A DNA stretch of 64,000 nucleotides, from assembly GCA_963796275.1 (NCBI GenBank), contig CAWCKY010000004.1, positions 992,001-1,056,000 of the forward strand. Direction: 5' to 3'. The notes beneath the pieces were generated by a model. That model had not been told where the DNA came from and ran no database searches. It worked only from the letters and a program-made list of their open reading frames with translations. This stretch comes from an uncultured Acidobacteriota bacterium (GTDB lineage: Bacteria; Acidobacteriota; Blastocatellia; RBC074). Below, in pieces: positions 47,886-57,050 of the stretch (the first letter of the stretch is position 1; the number at the start of each line of letters is the position of its first letter). Made by a program: the position numbers and the translations under genes.

Positions 47886-48836
47886 TTATTTCTCGATCAG
47901 GACCTCCGAACTTTGAGCTACGCCCGCTTCGACCCGTTCGTCTCTGGCGATCATGAGGTTTCTAAGCGCCGCGGCCAATTCGCTGAACTCCCGTTGGCGC
48001 GGACTGCCACGGAGTACGGCGCAGCGCCAATGGCGCACTACCGGTTGCGGTCCGAAGGAGATCAGAGTGAGTCCCCGAGCATTCGCGGCGGATTCGACCA
48101 TCCAACGGGCCGCTGCGGCAACTCCCATTCCAGCGGCCGCCATTTCCAGAATCGCTTCCGTCAGCTGTAGGCGGATCACTTCCTGCGGGCGGACCCCATG
48201 ACTCGCGAGCAGGCCGTCAACGACGACGTGCCTACCGTCCGCAGTGGCGTGGATCAGCAGACTTTCTCCACGCAGGTCTTCCGGCATGATCTTTCGTCTT
48301 CCGCTGAGCGGATGATCTTTCGCCAAAATCAGTACGATCTCGTCTTGCAGCAGATGCCAGTAATGCAGGCGATCATCCTTGCCTTCCGAACTCAAAATCG
48401 CAAAGTCGATCTCTCCCCGGATGAGCGCGTCCACCACGCGTTGCGTCGCCTCCGGCACGATTCGCAATCGAACGCGCTGGGCCAAATTCGAATGCCTGCG
48501 GACGAGCGAGGGTAGCCAGTGATAAGTCGTATAACATTGCGTGCCCAGCCGGATCACCTGAGCCGCGCCCTGCGCCATCGTCGCAAGATCGAGTTCCATC
48601 TGGCGGAACTCCATCTGAATCAGCGTTCCGCGCCGGATCAATTCTTCACCGATTGCGGTCGGCGCCATGCACCTCGGCTGCCGCACGAATATCGTGGAGC
48701 CAACCCGCGCTTCCAGGCTCTTCAGATGATGGCTCAGCGCCGATTGCGATAGGTGAAGCCGACGTGCCGCGGCGGTGATAGTGCCTTCTTCGGCGATCGT
48801 CACGGCAATCTCTATATCATCGCGTGTGATCTTCAT
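47886..48836 (-). CDS. LysR family regulator (MetR-like)
   Basis: TAAARRLHLSQSALSHHLKSLE HTH; RLGTQCYTTYHWLP. Confidence 0.93.
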   Translation of the reverse strand: MKITRDDIEIAVTIAEEGTITAAARRLHLSQSALSHHLKSLEARVGSTIFVRQPRCMAPTAIGEELIRRGTLIQMEFRQMELDLATMAQGAAQVIRLGTQCYTTYHWLPSLVRRHSNLAQRVRLRIVPEATQRVVDALIRGEIDFAILSSEGKDDRLHYWHLLQDEIVLILAKDHPLSGRRKIMPEDLRGESLLIHATADGRHVVVDGLLASHGVRPQEVIRLQLTEAILEMAAAGMGVAAAARWMVESAANARGLTLISFGPQPVVRHWRCAVLRGSPRQREFSELAAALRNLMIARDERVEAGVAQSSEVLIEK

Positions 48837-49063
48837 ATCGTCTCTGAGATGAAATTCGACTTAAAACCCTGGCTTAAAACACGCTCAAGTACATCTTTTA
48901 TTCAATGGCTTTATTTCCCGGCTTTTCCCTGCGAATTATTTCGAGTATATATGCAGATATTTCATTCTTTCAATGCAAAACATTCAATTGTGTGCATAGC
49001 TTTACTCGGCTATGATCTCGGTTCGCATACGGAATAACGGAGTCAATAGCCCAATATCACTTT

Positions 49064-52000
49064 ATGTGGATAATACGTGTAGCACTCGACCGGCCATACA
49101 CATTTATCGTGTTGGCGCTTCTGGTGTTGATCGTCAGTCCGGTTGTAATTCTACGTACGCCGACCGACATTTTTCCCAACATCAACATTCCCGTGATTGC
49201 TATCGGATGGCAATATACCGGTCTGAATCCGGAAGAACTGGAAGGCCGTCTGGTCACGCCATTCGAGCGCTTCCTGACCACGACGGTGGATAACATCGAG
49301 CATATCGAATCGACCACAATGATCGGACGGTCGATCGTGAAGGTCTTTCTTCAACCGAACGCCAGCATCGACCGCGCCAATTCCCAGGTCACGGCGACCT
49401 CGCAAACTGCTATACGCCAGGCTCCACCCGGCACCGTTCCCCCTCTCATCGTGAACTACAACGCATCAACGGTTCCGATCCTTCAACTGGCTCTCTCCGG
49501 TGAGGGGCTGTCGGAGCAGCAGTTGAACGACCTCTCGCTGAACTTTCTCCGCAGCCAGCTGATCACCGTGCCTGGCGTTTCCATCCCCTATCCGTACGGC
49601 GGCAAGCAGCGTCAGGTTATGGTCAATTTGGATCCGGCGCTGCTCCAGTCGAAGGGGCTCTCCGCCGCGGACGTCGTGACGGCGGTCGGGCAGCAGAATC
49701 TGGTGTTACCGTCCGGCACGGCCAAGATGGGCGCCTTCGAGTACGACATCGCGCTGAATGGAAGCCCTGATACGGTGAAGGAACTGAACGACCTGCCATT
49801 GCGCCTCGCCGGACAATCGCCCATCTACCTGCGCGACGTGGCGCAGGTGAGCGACGGATTCTCCCCACAGACCAATGCCGTAAGGCTCGACGGCAAACGG
49901 GGCGCGCTGATGACCATCCTGAAGGCGGGCGATGCATCGACGATCGACGTGGTGCGGGACATCAAAGCAATGCTTCCGCGTGTCGCCACCACACTTCCTC
50001 CGGAACTGAAGGTTCAGCCCCTGGCCGATCAATCCACCTTCGTCATGGCGGCTGTCACCGGCGTGATCTACGAAGCGATCATCGCTGCCTGCCTCACCGG
50101 AATCATGATCCTGATCTTTCTGGGAAGTTGGCGGAGCACACTCATCATCGCGATTTCGATTCCGCTTTCGATTCTGACTTCCATCATAACATTCAGTTTC
50201 CTCGGGAACACGATCAACATCATGACTCTTGGAGGGCTGGCGCTGGCCGTCGGCATACTGGTGGACGATGCCACCGTCACCATCGAAAACATCGAGCGTC
50301 ACCTTGAAGAAGGTCTCGGCATCCGCGATGCGATCATGCAGGGAGCCGGGCAGATCGCTGTGCCGACTTTGGTCTCCACCCTATGCATCTGCGTAGTCTT
50401 TCTACCCATGTTTTTTTTGAGCGGCGTCGCACGCTATCTGTTCGTCCCACTGGCTGAGGCGGTAGTGTTCGCAATGCTCGCTTCCTATCTCTTCTCGCGG
50501 ACCTTGGTGCCGACGCTGGCTTTGTACCTCCTGAAAACCTCGCACGTTAACCGGGTTGCGACCCAAAACCCCTTCACTCTTATACACCGGGTATTCGAGC
50601 GGGGATTTGATTTCACGCGCGGGATATATCGCGATATGTTGAGCATGCTGGTGAGAAGACGCGTTCTTTTCGTACCGGCGTTTCTGGGCCTCTGTCTAAG
50701 CGCGATTCCTTTGACGCCGTGGCTGGGTCAGGATTTCTTCCCTCGCAGCGAGGGCGGGCAGTTCCTGCTCCACGTTCGGGCCAAGACGGGTACGCGAATC
50801 GAGGAGACGGCCCGGCTCTGCGACCAGGTGGAGTCTTCCATTCGCCGCTTGATACCTGACCCGGAACTCACCAGTATCGTCGACAACATCGGGGTGCCGT
50901 ACAGCACGATCAACACCGTCTACAACAGTTCGGGCACCATCGGACCATCCGATGCGGATATTCTCGTCTCGCTCAAGAAACCGCACCGGCCTACCGCCGA
51001 CTACATACAAGAGTTACGAAAGCTGCTGGCCGCCGAGTTTCCGGGGGTCACATTCTACTTTCTGCCTGCCGACATGGTGACGCAGATCCTGAACTTCGGA
51101 ATGCCGGCGCCGGTCAACATCCAATTGGAAGGTGCGAATATTGAAGGCAATCGTCTGGTGGCGAACAAGCTCCTCAATGAATTGCGCCTGGTGCCAGGAA
51201 TCGTCGATCTGCGCATCCAGCAGCAATTCGATTACCCGAAGTACGACGTCATAGTGGATCGGACTCGGGCGATTCAAGGCGGATTCACTCAGCGTGACAT
51301 CGCCAGCAGCCTGCTGGTTTCACTGAGCGGGAGTTTTCAGACGACGCCATCCTTCTTTCTAGATCCGCAGAACGGCGTCAATTACAACCTGGTAACACAG
51401 GCGCCGCAATATACGATTCAGTCTCTTCAATCGCTGCAAAATCTGCCCATCAGCTCTCCCAACCTGACCCGATCCGAAATCCTGGCCGACGTGGCTGAGC
51501 TGCGCCGATCCAGCGAGATGGCCGTGGTCAATCATTACAACATTCGGCGCGTGATCGATATTTACGGATCGGTTGAAGGCCGCGATCTCGGATCAGCGGG
51601 AAAAGAGATCACACAGATCGTCGATCGCCACCAGGGCGATCTACCTCGCGGAACCAGCATAAACATCCGCGGGCAGTTGGACACAATGCAGAAGTCCTAC
51701 GCCGGATTGATCGCCGGACTCGCATTCGCCATCATCCTGGTCTACTTGTTGATCGTGGTGAATTTCCAATCGTGGTTGGATCCATTCATCATAATAACGG
51801 CACTCCCGGCCGCATTGGCGGGAATAATCCTTTTTCTCTTCATCACACACACGCGCCTGAGCGTACCGGCGCTTATGGGCGCCATAATGTGTATGGGTGT
51901 AGCCACAGCGAACAGCATTCTGGTGATATCGTTCGCCAAAGAACGGCTGGCGGAGCACGGGGACCCGCTCACAGCCGCCGTGGAAGCCGGATTCACCAGG

Positions 52001-52210
52001 TTTCGTCCGGTAATCATGACGGCGCTGGCTATGATCATCGGTATGATCCCGATGGCTCTGGGCGCCGGCGAGGGCGGCGAACAGAACGCGCCACTCGGCC
52101 GTGCGGTTATCGGCGGCCTCATCTGTGCAACTCTTGCCACGCTGACATTCGTGCCGGCGGTATTCGGATTGTTGCATCATCGTCGAAGCAACGCCGGCCT
52201 GGTGAAGTAA
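49064..52210 (+). CDS. RND efflux permease (AcrB/AcrD/AcrF family)
   Basis: TLGGLALAVGILVDDA, RFRPVIMTALAMIIG and PLGRAVIGG; 1048 aa. Confidence 0.95.
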   Translation: MWIIRVALDRPYTFIVLALLVLIVSPVVILRTPTDIFPNINIPVIAIGWQYTGLNPEELEGRLVTPFERFLTTTVDNIEHIESTTMIGRSIVKVFLQPNASIDRANSQVTATSQTAIRQAPPGTVPPLIVNYNASTVPILQLALSGEGLSEQQLNDLSLNFLRSQLITVPGVSIPYPYGGKQRQVMVNLDPALLQSKGLSAADVVTAVGQQNLVLPSGTAKMGAFEYDIALNGSPDTVKELNDLPLRLAGQSPIYLRDVAQVSDGFSPQTNAVRLDGKRGALMTILKAGDASTIDVVRDIKAMLPRVATTLPPELKVQPLADQSTFVMAAVTGVIYEAIIAACLTGIMILIFLGSWRSTLIIAISIPLSILTSIITFSFLGNTINIMTLGGLALAVGILVDDATVTIENIERHLEEGLGIRDAIMQGAGQIAVPTLVSTLCICVVFLPMFFLSGVARYLFVPLAEAVVFAMLASYLFSRTLVPTLALYLLKTSHVNRVATQNPFTLIHRVFERGFDFTRGIYRDMLSMLVRRRVLFVPAFLGLCLSAIPLTPWLGQDFFPRSEGGQFLLHVRAKTGTRIEETARLCDQVESSIRRLIPDPELTSIVDNIGVPYSTINTVYNSSGTIGPSDADILVSLKKPHRPTADYIQELRKLLAAEFPGVTFYFLPADMVTQILNFGMPAPVNIQLEGANIEGNRLVANKLLNELRLVPGIVDLRIQQQFDYPKYDVIVDRTRAIQGGFTQRDIASSLLVSLSGSFQTTPSFFLDPQNGVNYNLVTQAPQYTIQSLQSLQNLPISSPNLTRSEILADVAELRRSSEMAVVNHYNIRRVIDIYGSVEGRDLGSAGKEITQIVDRHQGDLPRGTSINIRGQLDTMQKSYAGLIAGLAFAIILVYLLIVVNFQSWLDPFIIITALPAALAGIILFLFITHTRLSVPALMGAIMCMGVATANSILVISFAKERLAEHGDPLTAAVEAGFTRFRPVIMTALAMIIGMIPMALGAGEGGEQNAPLGRAVIGGLICATLATLTFVPAVFGLLHHRRSNAGLVK

Positions 52211-52225
52211 TTTTGAGAGACGAGA

Positions 52226-53476
52226 ATGAATACGGACCAATCTACAAATCATAGACCAGCGGAAGAAGCGAATACTACACAAATTATCCAGCTCGATCGT
52301 ACCGGAGAGACGCCAACGCAGGGTGCGCCGCGGCGCGGGCTTTTCTGGGCCGGTCTGCTGGTAATTTTGGTTATCGCCTTCGCGTTGGGAACGGTCATAC
52401 TTTCCGGAATTAGCAGTCGAAAGGCCGCCCAGGACAGCCTGAAAGAGGAGACGCTGAAATCGTCCGTGCTGACGGTTCGCGTGGTCTATCCCAAACACAA
52501 GGCTCCGGTGCAAGAGATCACTCTTCCCGGTAACGTTCAGGCTTATACTGAGACGCCGATATACGCGCGCACCAACGGATACCTGAAGGGGTGGTATTTC
52601 GACCTCGGGTCGCGTGTCAAACAGGGTGATCTTCTCGCCAAAATCGAAACCCCTGAAGTCGATCAGCAGCTACAACAGGCGAGGGCCCAGCTACAGGTCG
52701 CGGAAGCCAGCCTGAATCTGGCGAGGTCGACGGCCGAGCGATGGCAGGCACTGCTCGTGACGAATGCCGTAACGGAGCAGGAGACCGACGAGAAGATCGG
52801 CGACCTGCGCGTGAAAGAAGCGACTCATGCCTCGATGATGTCCAACGTCCGCCGGCTCGAAAATCTGCAATCCTTCAACAGCGTTTACGCTCCGTTCGAC
52901 GGCATCATAACAGCGCGCAATACGGACCTGGGGGCTTTGATCGACGCGGGCGCCAATGCTCCCGGAAAGGAACTCTTCAGGCTGGCGGCGACGGATAAGC
53001 TGCGCGTCTTCGTCAGCGTGCCGCAAAGCTTTGCGCGCGCATCTCGCATTGGAGCCCGCGCATCGCTGACCGTGAACGAGTCTCCCGGCAAGGGGTTTCA
53101 CGGAACCATCGTAAGGACGGCGCAGGCGATCGACCCGGCATCGCGAACGCTCCTGACCGAAATCGAGGTCGAGAACCCAACCGGAGAATTGCTGCCAGGC
53201 ACATATCTCACCGCGCACCTGCGGTTGCCGGGCCGGATCAATGCGGTCACGATTCCTACCAACGCCTTGCTCTTCCGCTCTGATGGCGTTCAGGTCGGCG
53301 TGGTGCGCGGCGGAGTAGCGACTCTGATTCCGGTCATCATAGGCCGCGATTTCGGCGCAGAGGTAGAAGTAATCTCGGGGTTGAAGCCAACGGACGCCAT
53401 AATTGAAAACCCCGCTGATTCCCTCATCAGCGGTACGGCGGTTCGCGTAGCGGAACAGGTGAAATCCTCAGACTGA
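52226..53476 (+). CDS. RND membrane fusion protein (periplasmic adaptor)
   Basis: N-terminal TM, IYARTNGY, VYAPFDGIITARN and IDPASRTL. Confidence 0.93.
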   Translation: MNTDQSTNHRPAEEANTTQIIQLDRTGETPTQGAPRRGLFWAGLLVILVIAFALGTVILSGISSRKAAQDSLKEETLKSSVLTVRVVYPKHKAPVQEITLPGNVQAYTETPIYARTNGYLKGWYFDLGSRVKQGDLLAKIETPEVDQQLQQARAQLQVAEASLNLARSTAERWQALLVTNAVTEQETDEKIGDLRVKEATHASMMSNVRRLENLQSFNSVYAPFDGIITARNTDLGALIDAGANAPGKELFRLAATDKLRVFVSVPQSFARASRIGARASLTVNESPGKGFHGTIVRTAQAIDPASRTLLTEIEVENPTGELLPGTYLTAHLRLPGRINAVTIPTNALLFRSDGVQVGVVRGGVATLIPVIIGRDFGAEVEVISGLKPTDAIIENPADSLISGTAVRVAEQVKSSD

Positions 53477-53621
53477 GTCGTCTGAAGAGTCGGCAAACAG
53501 CACAGCAAAATACAAGGAGGTACGATGCTCTTCGTGCTCTCTTGATTTTGAGATTTGTGAAGCTTCTACGAGCTTTTATGTCCCTGAATGCTAGCGAGTC
53601 CTCTACCCTGCCTCTCCGCGC

Positions 53622-56090
53622 TCATTCGTATCTCAAAGCTACCATCGGATCCACTTTCGTGGCGCGACGCGCCGGTATGTAACAGGCCATCATCGCTACG
53701 GCTATCAGAAGCAGCGCAACCATCATAAACGTCAGCGGGTCAGCCGCCTTCACGCCGAACAACAGCCTCTCCATCAAGCGCAACAAAGCGAAGGCTGCAA
53801 CCAAGCCGATTGCAACTCCTATCAGGGCGAGTTTCATGCCTTGCCGCACAACCAGTTTCAAAACATCGCGAGGTTGCGCGCCTAAAGCCATGCGAACGCC
53901 GATCTCGTGTATTCGTTGGCTGACCGCGTACGACATTACGCCGTAGATGCCCACCAGCGCGAGCGCCAATGCCACTGCGGCGAAGATGCCGAGCAGCGTC
54001 AGATTCAAGCGTTCAGGCGCGATTGAATCCGAGCGAATCGCTTCCAGTGTTCGCACGGCGAAGACCGGTTGCTCGCTGTCAATCGCCCTCACCTGTTCGC
54101 GAGCCGCCGCGACCATCTGGTTCGGCTCGACCGAACTTCTGATCACAACCGTCATCCCGCTATATGAAAGTTGGCGGTGATGGAAATAACCTTGCACGCG
54201 ATTCGAATCCCTGTCCAAGCCATCCATCTTCACGCGCTTCACTACTCCGACAATCGTAATGACGGGGTTGCGCGGATCGTTCCCCCACTTGATGCGCTTC
54301 CCGACCGCATCATCATTCGGCCAATGTCGGCGGGCAAATTCCTCGTCGATGATTATCACGTTCACGCCCGCGATCGAACGCTGATTATCATCGAGGCCGC
54401 GCAGTTTCTCTTCTGTCAGGTGTTTTTGGTCGTCCTGCTCGGTGAAGTAACGACCGCGAAGCAACTGGATGCCCATAGTTTTGAAATAGTCGGCGCCGGC
54501 CACACAGGCTTCCATCAGGGGCATCTGGCCGGGGGGCGGCTCGGGCTGGCCCTCGACCTTGAACGACGTCTGCCAACGGTTGTTGCCCAACGGTAATCCG
54601 GAAGCGAGCCCGACGCCCTGCACCCCGGGAAGCGAGCTTATTTTCTGCACAAGTCGATCGTAAAAATCTATCTCCTGCTGATCGTTCGGATATTTCCCTT
54701 GTGGCAGGTTGATACTGAAACTCAGCAGATTGTCGTATCTGAAACCGGGATCGACCTGCATCAACCGATAGAAGCTGCGAATGAGCAGGCCGGCGCCGAT
54801 GAGCAGCACCAGGGTCATCGCCATCTCCGCCACCACCAATCCACTGCGTACCCAGCGCCGCCCAGCAGTCATCGTGCGCGCGGTATCTTTCAACGCATCC
54901 TGTACGTCTGCCTTGCTAGCCTGGAGCGCCGGCGCCAGACCGAATATGATGCCGGTGAAAATGGAGACGCCAAATGTGAAGGCCATTACGTGCCAATCGA
55001 GATAGATCTCGCGCGAACGCGGAATGCCATTCGGATTGATCGAGATAAGAAGTTTCACGCCCCAATGTGCCAGGAGCAGCCCCAGGCCGCCTCCGAGTAT
55101 GGAGAGCAAAACACTTTCAGTCAGCAATTGCCGCACGATACGCCAGCGGCTCGCGCCCAGGGCCACGCGCAGCGCCATCTCTTTCTGTCGCGTCATCGCC
55201 CGAGCCAACAGCAGGTTGGCGACATTGGCGCACGCGATGAGCAGCACGAAGCTGACCGCAACCAGCAGAGTCCAGAGGGCTGGGCGGATGTCTCCGACAA
55301 AGACATCCAACATCGGCCTGATGATGACGCCATTGCCGTTATTCGATTGGGGATACTGTTTTTCCAGAATAGCAGCGATGCGATCCATCTCGGCCCGCGC
55401 TTGCTCGATGGTTATGCCTGGTTTGAGGCGCGCCACGCCATTTAGGCCAGGATGATTGCCGCGCTGTTGCCAGGATGGTTGATCGGAGAGTTGGCCGACC
55501 GGCACCCATATATCCACGCGGCTGGGAAATTGAAATCCCGGCGGCATCACTCCGATCACCGTGTAGCCGCGCCCGTTGAAAAGGAGCGTTTGATTGAGAA
55601 TCTTCGGATCGCCTCCGAAGCGCCGCTGCCAGAACCCATGACTCAGCACGACGATCGGAGGGCCTCCCGGCTTGTCTTCATCGTTCGTATAGATGCGGCC
55701 CAATGCGGGATTGACTCGTAGAGCGGCGAACAGATCAGCCGACATCTGCCCGGCCGGAATACGCTCGACCTCGCCGCTCCCGGTGAGGTTATAACTGCTG
55801 AAGTTGAAGACGCCCAGCTTCTCGAAGACCTGGTTTTGCGCGCGCCAGTCGCTGAAGTTTGGATAGGAGATGGAGATCATACTCATCTGCCGGCTGCTTT
55901 CGTTCAGATAGACGAGACGATCCGATTGCTCGTAAGGCAGCGGGCGGAGCAATACTGCATTGACGACGCTGAAGATCGCGGTATTTGCGCCGATGCCGAG
56001 AGTCAGTGTGAAGATCGCAATCAAAGTAACCCATGGTTTCTTCATCAACATACGCAGGCCGTAGCGCAAATCCTGAAACAAATTAGTCAT
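53622..56090 (-). CDS. ADOP-type ABC permease, short prefix-less form
   Basis: Starts MTNLFQDLRYG after an AGGAGG SD; full duplicated motifs. Confidence 0.93.
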   Translation of the reverse strand: MTNLFQDLRYGLRMLMKKPWVTLIAIFTLTLGIGANTAIFSVVNAVLLRPLPYEQSDRLVYLNESSRQMSMISISYPNFSDWRAQNQVFEKLGVFNFSSYNLTGSGEVERIPAGQMSADLFAALRVNPALGRIYTNDEDKPGGPPIVVLSHGFWQRRFGGDPKILNQTLLFNGRGYTVIGVMPPGFQFPSRVDIWVPVGQLSDQPSWQQRGNHPGLNGVARLKPGITIEQARAEMDRIAAILEKQYPQSNNGNGVIIRPMLDVFVGDIRPALWTLLVAVSFVLLIACANVANLLLARAMTRQKEMALRVALGASRWRIVRQLLTESVLLSILGGGLGLLLAHWGVKLLISINPNGIPRSREIYLDWHVMAFTFGVSIFTGIIFGLAPALQASKADVQDALKDTARTMTAGRRWVRSGLVVAEMAMTLVLLIGAGLLIRSFYRLMQVDPGFRYDNLLSFSINLPQGKYPNDQQEIDFYDRLVQKISSLPGVQGVGLASGLPLGNNRWQTSFKVEGQPEPPPGQMPLMEACVAGADYFKTMGIQLLRGRYFTEQDDQKHLTEEKLRGLDDNQRSIAGVNVIIIDEEFARRHWPNDDAVGKRIKWGNDPRNPVITIVGVVKRVKMDGLDRDSNRVQGYFHHRQLSYSGMTVVIRSSVEPNQMVAAAREQVRAIDSEQPVFAVRTLEAIRSDSIAPERLNLTLLGIFAAVALALALVGIYGVMSYAVSQRIHEIGVRMALGAQPRDVLKLVVRQGMKLALIGVAIGLVAAFALLRLMERLLFGVKAADPLTFMMVALLLIAVAMMACYIPARRATKVDPMVALRYE

Positions 56091-57050
56091 GGCATCCTCC
56101 TATAATTCCTGACTGAGGTATGTGATCATTGTTCGGAGAGGGTTTCATATTTCTGCAACCATCTTTCCTTTATGAAAAATCGTCCAGAATCTGCCAGACA
56201 ACTTTATCAATATCCTGTGAGCGGCTCCGAAGCCCGATGTGTATAGCCGTTATGACAAATGTGGTGCTTCGGCTCGGGAGCGCAGAGCGGAATACCAGTA
56301 CTCAACATTTCTCTCACTTTCACGTCGAACACACTGATTCAAGCGACTTTTAAATGCAAATTTTTTCAGGTAGCTAAATTGTAAAAAATTCTGATCTTGC
56401 AGCATATGCTATTGCATCGCGGCGCGGAATAGTGATAATAACGCCCCTGGAAGTCCATCCAATAAAAACGAAAACTTTGCTGAGTTAAATAAATACCTCG
56501 CTTTATCAAATCAGGCAGGCGAAGCAACAACCGGCTGTTCTTGACTAGTATTTTTCCTGACTAAGGCCGGCGATCTCTTAACTGATGACCAGCACGATCG
56601 TGTAATGGGCGTTTAAATCACGCCGATAATTGATTCTCTATCAAACGCAGGAGCGTCTGTCAGGGTTGGTTCTCTATTCAGCTGATCTCCTCACAGATCG
56701 TTGCCTGCTCAAGAACAAAAAAACAAGTAGTTGAAATTTATCCATTTTTCACCGGCACTACGTGAGAGCGGCTTCTGAATGTAGCACCGAGCAGTAGACG
56801 GACAGCGCCAACGAACCAGGCCAACCAGCAGTTTGGCCTGATGACGGCGGCTTTTACGGATCCGTCGAATACTCAAGACACGGGTGGGTGATTGGTTCAG
56901 ATCGTCCTGCGGTTCAATTTTTGATTTCTGGAATATCGGTCAGGAATAGACGGCATTCATAAATGGTAGAAAGGTTTTGACTAATCCTACCATTCCGCCA
57001 AACAAGAGATAGGTAACCCGTTTTTACCATAGACCCACAGGAGGTCACCG

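Noticed and set aside
47886-53476. RND-MFP operon without an outer-membrane factor
   Set aside because: This is a common arrangement; TolC-like channels are often encoded elsewhere.
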